DNA of 63,530 nucleotides, the filler included. It is 7 parts of 7 records of this genome, joined end to end, with 100 filler letters (N's around TTAATTAATTAA, not from the genome) between each part and the next. Parts side by side here need not be neighbours in the genome. Positions count along the whole stretch, not along the records: positions 11,135 to 18,056 come from SRR31156797_9267; positions 18,157 to 30,864 come from SRR31156797_9268; 5 more parts are not named here. One strand, written 5' to 3'. The notes beneath the pieces are model-generated. The model was not told the origin of the DNA. It saw nothing but the letters and a program-made list of their open reading frames with translations, and did no database searches. Shown piece by piece: positions 12,033 through 22,092 of this stretch. The position numbers were made by a program, and so were the translations under genes. Numbering within the stretch: the stretch's first letter is position 1; every line of letters begins with the position of its first letter.

Positions 12033-12067
12033 GGGTAACTCTCTTTTTTTGGGGGGGTATGGACCGT

Positions 12068-12538
12068 TTATATTTCCGTCAACGGTCCGGATTGTTTGCC
12101 AGTCATGCTTTGAATCTCTATCTTGATCACAGCCGTTCCCTTGATTGACTTTTCCGGGAACAGGAAGGGTTGGTCCGAATATTGAGCCATGATGATATCG
12201 AGGGCTTTTTGCTTATCCCCCTGGTCTTCAAGGAAAAATGCTTTGCCAAAGCCAATGACACTCTGGTATTTCATGCTCCATTTGCAACCACTTTCGCCTT
12301 CGACGACTTCCGTGCTTGAATCAAATTCAAAACACAGGTTCGGATTCTTCTTGAGGATATCGATTTTTTTGCCTTTCAAAGCCCCATGAACATAGAGGGT
12401 CTCATCTTTGTATCCAAAGCAGAGGGGAACAATGTATGGCATATTGTCATCGGACAATCCAATGCGGCAAACGGTTGATTTGTGAATAACGGCCTCAATT
12501 TCAGACTTGTCAGTGATCTCTTTCTCTTTTCTTCTCAT
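12068..12538 (-). CDS. Pyridoxamine 5'-phosphate oxidase-like / NimA-family flavoprotein
   Basis: MRRKEKEI...PYIVPL..GY...HGA..GKK...NPNLCFE...YQSVIGFG...MTGK. Confidence 0.9.
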   Translation of the reverse strand: MRRKEKEITDKSEIEAVIHKSTVCRIGLSDDNMPYIVPLCFGYKDETLYVHGALKGKKIDILKKNPNLCFEFDSSTEVVEGESGCKWSMKYQSVIGFGKAFFLEDQGDKQKALDIIMAQYSDQPFLFPEKSIKGTAVIKIEIQSMTGKQSGPLTEI

Positions 12539-12981
12539 GGTCGTTGTTTTCCTTTACCCTTGACCGATTCCGGCTGTTCAATTACGCCGAATAAGGCCTG
12601 GAGGTTTTCTGACAACCCGGTGTCCTGGTACCGGATTTTGTTGAAACTGGGCCGCTGTTCCCGCTGCTCTGACATTTCAGAAGCGATGGATGCCATGGCG
12701 CTGGACGGGACACTCAAAATTTTATACGAGTGACCGGATCGATCGGACGAGCTGCATGAATGAACCTGGCCGGGATTGATGATGAATATCTCATTTTCTG
12801 CGATTTGGGCGGCACCGCCGGGGAGGGTGATGATTCTTTTGCCCTGTTCAACGATGCCGATGATGTAGGTCTTATGGATGTGACGGCGGAATTCATTGGT
12901 GATATGCCGTCCTGATATGGCTTCGATGCCGGATGCAAAAGGGAGATGGCATGATTTTATACTTTCATTGTTATTTTTCAT
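12535..12981 (-). pseudogene. AraC ligand-binding domain lacking the HTH (probably truncated)
   Basis: FRRHIHKTYIIG...INPGQVHSC is an AraC N-terminal cupin; only 148 aa, and the frame runs into the next gene's RBS. Confidence 0.6.
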
Positions 12982-13065
12982 TCAGCCACCCCCTTTATTC
13001 ATTGACCTTTCCTATACCATGGCGGGAAGGAATATGGCAAGCAGGGGGCAGCTTTTTTCGAACTC

Positions 13066-15510
13066 CTACTGCTGTGCAGGCGGTTGCGGCTCTCTTCCGA
13101 CCCCATAGTTGTATATCAAATGATCCAATACATATAACTGATTATATGCCAGTTTCCCAAATTGTATGCCTCGTCTTTTTTTGATCACCGGATGGTCCGA
13201 ATGTGAATCCTCAGGCAGTTCCAGATCCGAAACGATTTTACAGGGCACTTTATCCAAAAGAATCCCCTCGTCGACGATGTTTATGGCCAACTCGTCGAAA
13301 TTCCGGTGGAAACCCGCAACGTCATCAGACTGGATGGCGATCCCGCCCCAACTGATATCAACGATTTTGTATCTCTCTATGGGATCGGATTTGGCGATGG
13401 CAACAGCCTTCTCTTTTATATTGAACCGTTCATTCTGCCTGCGTTCGATGGTTTTATGATCCAGGACTTTTCTGATGATTTTGGATAAATCTATCATGGT
13501 GACGGGTTTCAGGGCAAAGGCGTTGATACCGATTGCCTTTGTTTTTTCCTCTGAGATATATTGGTTATACCCGCTGCAAAGAATAATCGGCATGTCCGGC
13601 CGTATTGCCCTCAGTTTTTCAGCCAGCTGATAGCCTGTCATTTCCGGCATTGTCATATCCGTAATAAAAAGATCAAAGTAATCCGGGGCGGTGCGAAACT
13701 CTTCCAATGCCCTTTTACTGCTGGTTCGCGCGGTCACCTTATACCCCAGTTTTTCCAGTATCTGGCGTTCCAGCTCCACGATTTCTTCCTCATCATCAAC
13801 AAGGAAAATCCTTTCACTTCCTGTTGGCAACGGCTCAAAGGGGGCAACGCCGCTGACCTCAAATTCCTTTTTTTCAAAAGCCGGGAAGTAGATATCAAAT
13901 GTCGAGCCTTTTCCCGGTTTACTGGATACGGTGATTGAACCATCATGATTGGTTATTATGCCATGGACTATGGCAAGCCCCATCCCGGTTCCTTTTCCTG
14001 CCTGCTTGGTCGTATAGTAGGGCTCAAAAATTTTCTCCTGATTATCAGAAGGAATCCCATGACCTGAATCCTCTACGGACAGCTTGACATATTTCCCTGG
14101 TTTCAATTCTGTATGGGATATGGATTGCTCTTTGGTTACCTCTTCATCTGTCAGGCCTACCCGAATAACCCCCATGTTATTTTCTATGGCTTGTGCGGCG
14201 TTTATGCATAAATTGTAGATCACCTGATACATCTGTGTGGCGTCGGCGATTACCTTTGAATCCGAATGAATCTCCAGATGAAGATTGATTGTTGACGGCA
14301 AAGATGCCGCAAGCAATTTTATGGCCTCTTTTATCACTGAACGTATTTTAATCGGTTTGAATACCTGATTTGTCTGGCGGCTGAATGTAAGTATTTGATG
14401 TATCAGGTTTTTTGCGCGGCTGCAGGCTTGATGCGTTTTTTTCAGGTATGGAATGATCGCGTTGTCTTTATTTGATTTTAACATCGCAAGATCGGTATAT
14501 CCCATGATAGCGAACAATATGTTGTTGAAGTCATGGGCGATCCCTCCTGCCAATGTCCCGATTGATTCTATCTTTTGTAATTGCCTGAGATTGCCCTCCA
14601 GTTGTTTCTCTGCCGTTATATCCCGGAATGCAAAAACCGCCCCGGTTATTCTCCCTTTCATATCCCGGATGGGCGACCCGGTATATGCGATGATCCGTTC
14701 GGTGCCATCCCTGGAAATAAGGATGCCATCCATGGCGTTGCTTATAATGCCCCCGGACTCGATTATGGTTTTCGCAAGATTCGTATAGCGTTTACGGCTC
14801 TTTGCATCGATGATGTTCAAGACGTCGGACAGGGGGGTGCCCATCGCCTTGCTCCTGGACCAGCCCACAAGGTTTTCCGCCGCATGGTTCAAGAAGGTTA
14901 TTTTTCCTTCCAGGTCGGTAGCGATTACAGCATCTCCAATGGATCGAAGGGTTATTTTCAATCGCTCTTTTTCTTCCATCAGTTTTTTATTGACGTCCAT
15001 GATTTCCCTGGACCGGGATTCGACCAATCCTTCCAGGTTCTCTTTGTGATTAACCAATTCCCGTTGCATATAAATCCGGTCGCTCACATCCTCCATGGCA
15101 AGGAGGATGAATTTGTCAAGACCGGCTTCCCTGCTTAACCGGCGGGCGTTTATATGCATTACCCGTTTACCGATATACTTGAAATCATGCTCAACTTCGA
15201 AATTCTCAAATACGGCATCATGGGTAAGGACTTGTCTCAGTAAATCGCGCAATTGGGGTATATCCCATTGTCGATTTCCAAGGTCGAATAAAAAACGGCC
15301 CTCGGTTTCGTTAGGGTCTGCTTTGAACGTCTTGTAAAAAGATTGATTGGCAAAGGCGACTTTTAAATTAGACGCCAGCACCAGCAAAGGTTCCCGGACC
15401 GTGTTGACAATATCATCTGCAAATAGTTTCAGCCGATAGTGCCCGAGGCGTTTATCGTTTGTTACCTTTGCCCTTTTTTTTTCGTCTTTGGAGGATCGTT
15501 TCTCTGCCAT
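13066..15510 (-). CDS. PAS-PAS hybrid histidine kinase/receiver with C-terminal PilZ-like domain
   Basis: GGIAHDFNN H-box, NLCINA, DSGHG, YTTK..GKGTGMGL, receiver (VDDE, DMTMP, KP), then RRQNER and DISWGG. Confidence 0.9.
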   Translation of the reverse strand: MAEKRSSKDEKKRAKVTNDKRLGHYRLKLFADDIVNTVREPLLVLASNLKVAFANQSFYKTFKADPNETEGRFLFDLGNRQWDIPQLRDLLRQVLTHDAVFENFEVEHDFKYIGKRVMHINARRLSREAGLDKFILLAMEDVSDRIYMQRELVNHKENLEGLVESRSREIMDVNKKLMEEKERLKITLRSIGDAVIATDLEGKITFLNHAAENLVGWSRSKAMGTPLSDVLNIIDAKSRKRYTNLAKTIIESGGIISNAMDGILISRDGTERIIAYTGSPIRDMKGRITGAVFAFRDITAEKQLEGNLRQLQKIESIGTLAGGIAHDFNNILFAIMGYTDLAMLKSNKDNAIIPYLKKTHQACSRAKNLIHQILTFSRQTNQVFKPIKIRSVIKEAIKLLAASLPSTINLHLEIHSDSKVIADATQMYQVIYNLCINAAQAIENNMGVIRVGLTDEEVTKEQSISHTELKPGKYVKLSVEDSGHGIPSDNQEKIFEPYYTTKQAGKGTGMGLAIVHGIITNHDGSITVSSKPGKGSTFDIYFPAFEKKEFEVSGVAPFEPLPTGSERIFLVDDEEEIVELERQILEKLGYKVTARTSSKRALEEFRTAPDYFDLFITDMTMPEMTGYQLAEKLRAIRPDMPIILCSGYNQYISEEKTKAIGINAFALKPVTMIDLSKIIRKVLDHKTIERRQNERFNIKEKAVAIAKSDPIERYKIVDISWGGIAIQSDDVAGFHRNFDELAINIVDEGILLDKVPCKIVSDLELPEDSHSDHPVIKKRRGIQFGKLAYNQLYVLDHLIYNYGVGREPQPPAQQ

Positions 15511-15648
15511 TGGATAAGGCCCCCGTCAACTTGAATTTCATGGCTGGGCTCTGCTGGAAAAGCACCCCAACCTATTAATTATATAAGATATCCTTGGCTG
15601 TGTCAACGGGCAGCCTTCTTTGATGACTATGAATTTGCAGGACCTGTC

Positions 15649-16041
15649 CTAGGCCATGGCAGGAAAGAATTTGGCAGCCAGGACCAGGCCGTTTTTTCCG
15701 GCCCGGACCATATGGTTTTCCCCCTTTGGGATGACCGCCATCTTCCCTGGATGGTAATTAAATTTTTTGTCCATGAGCCGGCATGACCCCTCCCCTTCAA
15801 GAACTTCATGCAGTTCCAATTGATTTTCATGGCAATGGTTCTCAAGGGTGCAGTCCGGGGCAATCTTAACCAGGTGGGAGCTGAAATGACCGCTCGTATC
15901 CGCGCCTTTTATCATGAGCTTGAGATACACGCCTTTAAATTGCGGATGTTCCACCCACTCTGCGTCTGAGATCTTCTCTGAACGGTCTGTGTAATGAACG
16001 GTTCCATTGGCAATGTCTGTCGAGATTTTTTGGGTTTCCAT
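15649..16041 (-). CDS. Cupin domain protein
   Basis: HCHENQLELHEV...IPKGENH cupin motifs. Confidence 0.85.
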   Translation of the reverse strand: METQKISTDIANGTVHYTDRSEKISDAEWVEHPQFKGVYLKLMIKGADTSGHFSSHLVKIAPDCTLENHCHENQLELHEVLEGEGSCRLMDKKFNYHPGKMAVIPKGENHMVRAGKNGLVLAAKFFPAMA

Positions 16042-16173
16042 TGAAAATTCTCCTTTTACAAAAGTTTGATTGATTGTTGTCCGGTTTTTGATAAAGGAGA
16101 ATAATCAATGGGAGTGATAAAAGATTGTATGATCTTGCTGTTTTGACCAATGGGTGGGCTTTTTGCTACAGCC

Positions 16174-17079
16174 CTACAGCCCCAATTTATCCAGCAACGG
16201 TTTTTCATAGACGTCACTCTCGGCGGGGTAACGTAAGTCTTTTACACCATTTTGTTTTGCCAGAGCCCAGAGGATGCTTTCGCCTGCCGGCAGTCCCATG
16301 GGCGTCATGGCGTAAACGGGATCCTCGTATGCTTCTTCCGGTGAGATGATTGTCCACCCCTTTGATTTGAACATTGCGATGATGTCAGGCAAAAATGCCG
16401 CATTAATCGCTTTGGTATGCAGAAGGAGAACGTGCTTTACGCTTCGCTGGAGGACCTGTTCAGATAAAGCGTCGTAGTAAGTGGCCCGATTCCACAAATG
16501 ATTTAGATACGCAATGCGAAACTGGGATGGATCGTCGTCAGGGTGGCTTGCGCGCCACGCCAGATAGCGTTTATTGTAGTACCAGTCACTGGCATCGATG
16601 CTCACAGCTCCCGATTTGTATCCGTGGTCCGTTAGCCAGGTTCTGAATCCGTCGCGCTTGGATACCGTGTCTCCCTCTTTTAGATATGGAAAACGCAGGC
16701 GTTTGGTCCAACCGGGCATGTCTTTTAGCAGCGTTTCGTTTCTTTCTGTTTCGGTGATGAATTGTTCCAGCGTCGTCTGCTTCGAGCACAAATTGGGATG
16801 GGAATACGTGTGGTTGCCAACAGCGTGGCCTGCCTTGCCCCAGTCTCTCACCAAGTCGAGACCCGCCGGGCTGTCGACCCGTTTCCCGGCGGGAAACAGG
16901 ATTGACTTGATCTGCGCGTTTGACAAGGCTTCCAAAATGGACGAGTTCCACGAAGACGCCAGGGGTTGTGTCCGTGGATCCAGGCCGTCGTCAAACGATA
17001 ACGCTATACTTTGGGCATGACTGATGGACGTTAGTTTAAATAACAGAGCTAAACATAATATAAACAGATGTTTTTTCAT
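16174..17079 (-). CDS. Secreted polysaccharide deacetylase (CE4/NodB)
   Basis: Signal peptide, SFDDG, GNHTYSH, RFPYL, LLLH. Confidence 0.9.
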   Translation of the reverse strand: MKKHLFILCLALLFKLTSISHAQSIALSFDDGLDPRTQPLASSWNSSILEALSNAQIKSILFPAGKRVDSPAGLDLVRDWGKAGHAVGNHTYSHPNLCSKQTTLEQFITETERNETLLKDMPGWTKRLRFPYLKEGDTVSKRDGFRTWLTDHGYKSGAVSIDASDWYYNKRYLAWRASHPDDDPSQFRIAYLNHLWNRATYYDALSEQVLQRSVKHVLLLHTKAINAAFLPDIIAMFKSKGWTIISPEEAYEDPVYAMTPMGLPAGESILWALAKQNGVKDLRYPAESDVYEKPLLDKLGL

Positions 17080-17395
17080 TTTATTTCTAATTTTTTCCTT
17101 GTTTAATTTTTATATGCAATAGTGGGGACGGAAACTCCCAGCCCATCCTCAGATGATTTGCCTGTTATTTTAACCCCTAACGGTATAATGGTGTTGGGTG
17201 CTACTAAATAAATAAGCTACTCCTAAGAAAATGGTATGTCAAGAAAAAGGCTATGGTTTGTTTGATATCGGGATTCTCAAGGTCCTTGGCGTGATTGAGG
17301 ATGCGTGGTGTGACACCTGGTTCGGGCAATACATTGACAGGCTCGGGGAATTCCCCTATAACAACGGAGCTGATGGGAAATTGAAGGAGAAGCAC

Positions 17396-17737
17396 GTGAG
17401 TAACATGAATGACATGAAATCCCCAAACCGGATCGAAGCATGCGGCCTGAATGCCGTTGTGACGGTCCTTGTTCTGTGGATCATGGGCCTTCTCGCACTG
17501 CACGCCATTGTGCCCGGACATTCAGGACAGGGGGGACCGGAAACGATTCTCCAGGCCGCCAATGGCCTGGACGACGGGGATGAATCGGAAGATTGCCATG
17601 GGGCATTGCCGTCCCTGGATTTTCCCGATACCGGCTCTCCGGTTGTCACAGGATTTGTCGTCTGTCCGCAAAAAAAACGTTTCCAGCCCTTTGAAGCCGG
17701 GTCTTTTCATCTTGCACACGCCCCACCCACGTCCTGA
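17396..17737 (+). CDS. Small membrane-anchored/secreted protein ending in HAPP (candidate arrest peptide)
   Basis: AAGGAG RBS then GTG 17396; hydrophobic VVTVLVLWIMGLLALHAIV; C-terminus FHLAHAPPTS*. Confidence 0.5.
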   Translation: MSNMNDMKSPNRIEACGLNAVVTVLVLWIMGLLALHAIVPGHSGQGGPETILQAANGLDDGDESEDCHGALPSLDFPDTGSPVVTGFVVCPQKKRFQPFEAGSFHLAHAPPTS

Positions 17738-17912
17738 TCTGCCCTGTTCAATAGACAAACGTGACACCGTCCTGACGGAACTCCCGTGATCCCATACTGG
17801 TATTGGCTTCCAGCGCCTTGGCAACCACGGCTTGCCGGCGATCTTTCACGGTCAATGGATGATGGTGGAAAAATGAAGAGATTGTTGTAAAGTAAGTGAA
17901 AAGGAATAAAAA

Positions 17913-18056
17913 ATGACAACGTTGGAAAAACTTTTTGAAAATAACAGGAAATGGTCCCGTGAGATGTCCCAAGCACATGAGGGCTTTTTTGAAAAACTCT
18001 CCCACCAGCAGAAACCGGAATACCTGTGGATCGGCTGTTCGGACAGTCGGGTGCCG
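17913..18056 (+). CDS. can: Beta-carbonic anhydrase (3' partial)
   Basis: LFENNRKW...QKPEYLWIGCSDSRVP. Confidence 0.93.
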
Positions 18057-18156
18057 NNNNNNNNNNNNNNNNNNNNNNNNNNNNNNNNNNNNNNNNNNNN
18101 TTAATTAATTAANNNNNNNNNNNNNNNNNNNNNNNNNNNNNNNNNNNNNNNNNNNN
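18057..18156. other. Artificial contig spacer
   Basis: N44-TTAATTAATTAA-N44. Confidence 0.98.
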
Positions 18157-18191
18157 GCACGGATTGCATTAGCCAATTGTTTGCGATTCAT
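18157..18191 (-). CDS. tkt: Transketolase N-terminus (partial)
   Basis: Reverse strand reads MNRKQLANAIR(A), a typical transketolase start, just downstream of tal. Confidence 0.8.
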
Positions 18192-18260
18192 AGTCGTTAC
18201 TCGGTTAAGTTTTAGTATTACTGCGAACAGAGTCGATTCTGTTCAAATAGGATAGGGTAG

Positions 18261-18290
18261 AAAAAACGAAGCGAGTTTTCACTCGCTTCG
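18261..18290 (-). terminator. Intrinsic terminator-like hairpin between tal and tkt
   Basis: Stem CGAAGCGAGT/ACTCGCTTCG followed by a T-run on the minus strand. Confidence 0.75.
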
Positions 18291-18303
18291 GTTAAATTTG
18301 TGA

Positions 18304-19254
18304 TTAAAGCTTCGCTTCGATCATCGTTTCAAGTTTGCCCTGGTCGATAGCGAAGTTACGAATGCCTTCAGCAAGCTTCTCAACGGCCATCGCATCTTGG
18401 TTGTGTTCCCATAGGAATTCGGCGTGTGTCATTGCTGCTGGACGCTCTTTGCTGCCCTTAGAATCAACAAGTTTCTCAACCACTTCACCTTCAGCTGCTT
18501 CTAGTTCAGCAAGAAGGGCTGGAGCAATCGTTAGGCGGTCACAACCCGCGAGTTCAAGAATTTCACCGATGTTGCGGAAGCTCGCACCCATTACAACCGT
18601 GTTGTAGCCGAACTCTTTATAGTAGTTGTAGATAGTCGATACAGATAGAACACCTGGATCTTCCTGAGCTTCAAAATCACGACCTTCTTTCGCTTTGTAC
18701 CAGTCCATGATGCGGCCAACGAATGGAGAAATTAGGAACACGCCAGCTTCAGCACACGCACGCGCTTGAGCAAATGAGAATAGAAGCGTTAGGTTACAGT
18801 TGATGCCTTCTTTTTCCAGAACTTCAGCTGCACGGATGCCTTCCCAAGTAGAAGCCAGTTTAATCAGAATACGATCGTTAGTGATGCCAGCATCGTTGTA
18901 CATTTTGATAAGTTGACGAGCTTTTGCAATGCTGCCTTCAGTATCGTAAGAAAGACGAGCATCGACTTCAGTAGAAATACGACCTGGAATGGTTTTTAGG
19001 ATTTCTTTACCGATGTTTACAGCCAGCATGTCACAAGTGTCTTGTACTTGTTGAGCTTTGTCGTTGCTTTGCGCTTTCGCGTACTCGATCGCTTGATCGA
19101 TAAGCGGTGCGTACTCAGCAATTTGAGCTGCTTTAAGAATTAGAGAAGGGTTAGTTGTTGCATCTTCTGGTTGGTACTTTTTGATTGCTTCAATTTCACC
19201 AGTGTCTGCTACAACGGTAGTCAGTTTACGAAGTTGCTCTAATTTGTTGCTCAT
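18304..19254 (-). CDS. tal: Transaldolase
   Basis: [45 protein letters not shown]; start moved to 19254. Confidence 0.98.
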   Translation of the reverse strand: MSNKLEQLRKLTTVVADTGEIEAIKKYQPEDATTNPSLILKAAQIAEYAPLIDQAIEYAKAQSNDKAQQVQDTCDMLAVNIGKEILKTIPGRISTEVDARLSYDTEGSIAKARQLIKMYNDAGITNDRILIKLASTWEGIRAAEVLEKEGINCNLTLLFSFAQARACAEAGVFLISPFVGRIMDWYKAKEGRDFEAQEDPGVLSVSTIYNYYKEFGYNTVVMGASFRNIGEILELAGCDRLTIAPALLAELEAAEGEVVEKLVDSKGSKERPAAMTHAEFLWEHNQDAMAVEKLAEGIRNFAIDQGKLETMIEAKL

Positions 19255-19409
19255 TTCGATCGTCCTATTTCTCGTTTTCTCGTTGGGCATCGCTTGCCTT
19301 TCAACAAGATAGTGGCTTGGCATTCGAGTGATTAAAGGAACAGTGTAGCTTCTTTATCACTACTTATATGCCCTTTAACACCATTCTACTAATCGTATGT
19401 TTCAGTTAG

Positions 19410-19695
19410 CGAACATTTGTTTTGAACATTTGTTCGTTAGTTGAGTAAATGATGGGTTCATATTTATCTGAACTGGTAAAAATGTCAATCGAGATTTGCC
19501 GTTTATGGCGACTTAAATCAATTATTTTTTACTTATGTTCACCGCATAAAATAAAAAAACGTTTGCGCAAGCCTTGTAAAACGTAATTTCACCGTTTTAT
19601 CTCTCAAAAACGGCGTGAGAATATGTAATTGTTGTGAGCAATTGTTGCATGTGTGAAGGTGTATAGCATATGCTAGGTCAATGAGCGGATGTTCA
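19410..19695. promoter_or_regulatory. Candidate SorC-family operator boxes
   Basis: cGAACAtttGTTtt (19410), TGAACAttTGTTCg (19423), TGAGCAatTGTTgc (19635), TGAGCggaTGTTCA (19682) between divergent tal and the regulator. Confidence 0.55.
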
Positions 19696-19738
19696 GCATT
19701 TGATATATTGCCTTCAATTTCACCGAAAAGAGTCGACG

Positions 19739-20737
19739 ATGAATAGTTCACCACCAGAAATCTCTCTAGAAAATACTGACTTACTTACGGAAGTCTCCGT
19801 TGCTTATTATCAAGATGGCGCAACGCAGGAAGAGATATCCAAGAAGTTTTCAATTTCACGAGCCAAAGTAGGGCGTTTGTTAAAGCAAGCTCGTGATGAA
19901 GGTATTGTTGAGATAACGGTGAAGTATCATCCAGTATTCAGTGCCAAGATTGAACAGCGTCTGATTGAACGTTTTGGGGTTAAGCGAGCGTTGGTAGCTT
20001 TAGATCAGCCGAGTGAAGAACAACAGCGTCAGCAAGTGGCGGGTTTAGTCTCACACTACTTAACCAATACTTTAAAAAACGGCATGGTGGTAAGTGTTGG
20101 TCAAGGGCGCAACGTCTCAGCGGTTGCTCACCATGTTGGTGTGATTACGCCTCGTGACTGTAAGTTTGTCTGCGGTATTGGCGGTATTCACCCTCGAGGA
20201 GGGATGTTTAATGCCGATCATATCTGTCGACAACTTGCCAAGAAATATGGTGGTTCATCAGAAACGCTCTACGCACCCGCTTATGCAGAGAATAGAGAGC
20301 AGAAACTTGCCTTTATGCAGAATGCCACCGTAAAGCAAACGCTCGATCTTGCACGTAAAGCTGATATGGCACTAGTGGGTATTGGCGATATGAGTGAAAA
20401 CAGCTATATGGTTGACCTTGGTTGGTTTACCGCTGAAGAAGTGGTGCAATCTCGTTTACAGCAAGGCGTGGTCGGTGATTTTGCGGGGCACGATTTTTTT
20501 AATGTGAAAGGTGAGATTGCCAATACGGTTATGAATGACCGTGTGATCGGGTTAAGTATTGATGAGTTTCGAGTGGTTTCTGAAGTGGTGGCGATTGCCG
20601 CTGAAAATAGTAAACCTTTGGCGCTGCTTGGCGCTTTACGCACAGGGGCAATTGATGTCATCGCGACCAGTGTCAGTAATGCTTTAACGGTATTAAACCT
20701 TGATGAACAGATGAGCGGTATCGCGGCAGACGAATAA
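19739..20737 (+). CDS. SorC/DeoR-family sugar-binding transcriptional regulator
   Basis: AYYQDGATQEEI...ISRAKVGRLLKQARDEGIVEI HTH plus sugar-binding domain (VGIG, GALRTG). Confidence 0.93.
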   Translation: MNSSPPEISLENTDLLTEVSVAYYQDGATQEEISKKFSISRAKVGRLLKQARDEGIVEITVKYHPVFSAKIEQRLIERFGVKRALVALDQPSEEQQRQQVAGLVSHYLTNTLKNGMVVSVGQGRNVSAVAHHVGVITPRDCKFVCGIGGIHPRGGMFNADHICRQLAKKYGGSSETLYAPAYAENREQKLAFMQNATVKQTLDLARKADMALVGIGDMSENSYMVDLGWFTAEEVVQSRLQQGVVGDFAGHDFFNVKGEIANTVMNDRVIGLSIDEFRVVSEVVAIAAENSKPLALLGALRTGAIDVIATSVSNALTVLNLDEQMSGIAADE

Positions 20738-20750
20738 TCTATAAACATTT

Positions 20751-20773
20751 AGGAGGCGACAGCCTCCTTTTTT
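20751..20773 (+). terminator. Intrinsic terminator
   Basis: AGGAGGC-gaca-GCCTCCT followed by T-run. Confidence 0.8.
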
Positions 20774-21072
20774 CTACACTGAGTCATCAAGCTACACATT
20801 AACCGATCAAGCATCTGTTTTCGATAATAAACTCACACAGTCAGTTCGTGTATTAATTGAACAATTTCCCATTGTGGGCGCAGTATCACGACTAATTTTT
20901 AAACACCCTCAGATTTGCCCATCAAACTCTCATTTCATTGATTGCTGTATTGCTATTTTCGGATATCCATTTCATAACAATGTAGAAACATTTTATCTAA
21001 GTCACTATCGCGCAACCGGCTTTTGCGTGTACTTGGGTATCAAGGATATAACAATATGCGAAAGGAGCACTT

Positions 21073-22002
21073 ATGTATCAGAAACTAAGGAATGGTCTGT
21101 TGGCTGCAGTGATGGCGGTTTCCCTACCGGCTATGGCTGAAAACTATACCATTGGTACGGGTAGTCAAAGTGGTACTTATTATCCATTAGGCGGAATACT
21201 GGCAAAAATTTGGAGTGAAAACTTGCCAGATTTTAATATGCGAGCAGAGGTAACTGCCGCTTCGGTTGAAAATACGATTAAGGTTTCAACCAATAAGCAG
21301 CTTGCCGGTATTGCTCAGGGTAATGTGGTATTACAAGCGTCGAATGGTACCAAGCCATTCCCAGCCAAAATGGACGTTTCAGTATTATTCTCGCTTTATC
21401 CGAATGTTGTTCAATTTATTGTTCCCGCCAAGTCAGACATTAAATCTATCGCTGATTTAAAAGGTAAACGCATCTCTCTAGGCGCTCCTGGTTCTGGTAC
21501 TCGTGTCAGTTCAGTCAATATATTAAATACACTGGGCATTACCGAAGATGACATTAAAGCTCAGTCACTGAATTACACTGCGACAACCAGTGCACTGGCC
21601 AATAATCAGATAGATGCGGGTGTTATTGTGGGCAGCTTGGGCGTGGGTGCGATCACTGAGCTTGCGTTGACTCGTGATATTCGCATTTTGAGCTTCAGCG
21701 ATGAAGAGTTGGCAAAAATTGCGCAAGACTACCCATCGTATATCGAAATCGATGTCCCTGCGGACTCCTACAATAAGGTTCCAGCGTTTAAAGCGCCTGC
21801 GGTATGGAACGTCTTGGTAGTAAACAAAAATATGAGTGAAGACATGGCTTACAACATGACTAAAGTCGCGTTTGAGAACATGGACAAAATTCGTCAAGTG
21901 ATCAGCGTGACAAAGTTTACCACTATTGAAAATATGACTAAGTTGCAAGGCATTTCTTTACATCCAGGTGCCGAGAAATATCGTAAAGAACAGATGAAGT
22001 AA
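21073..22002 (+). CDS. TAXI-family TRAP solute-binding protein
   Basis: Signal peptide, IGTGSQSGTYYPLG, ASVEN, GAPGSG, LHPGA. Confidence 0.93.
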   Translation: MYQKLRNGLLAAVMAVSLPAMAENYTIGTGSQSGTYYPLGGILAKIWSENLPDFNMRAEVTAASVENTIKVSTNKQLAGIAQGNVVLQASNGTKPFPAKMDVSVLFSLYPNVVQFIVPAKSDIKSIADLKGKRISLGAPGSGTRVSSVNILNTLGITEDDIKAQSLNYTATTSALANNQIDAGVIVGSLGVGAITELALTRDIRILSFSDEELAKIAQDYPSYIEIDVPADSYNKVPAFKAPAVWNVLVVNKNMSEDMAYNMTKVAFENMDKIRQVISVTKFTTIENMTKLQGISLHPGAEKYRKEQMK

Positions 22003-22020
22003 CGAGACTTTGTTAGTTCA

Positions 22021-22050
22021 AAGCGTTCTCAAATGAATTGAGGACGCTTT
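22021..22050 (+). terminator. Intercistronic hairpin
   Basis: AAGCGTTCTCA...TGAGGACGCTT between binding protein and permease. Confidence 0.5.
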
Positions 22051-22092
22051 ATTTCGCTTAAAGACATAAAGTAATGTTACATGGAGTATGCG

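Noticed and set aside
11178-12126. Long plus-strand ORFs opposite DUF2339
   Set aside because: Antisense shadows in GC-rich coding DNA with no recognisable motifs.
17231-17395. Upstream extension of the HAPP ORF
   Set aside because: No clear RBS at 17231; a strong AAGGAG precedes GTG 17396.
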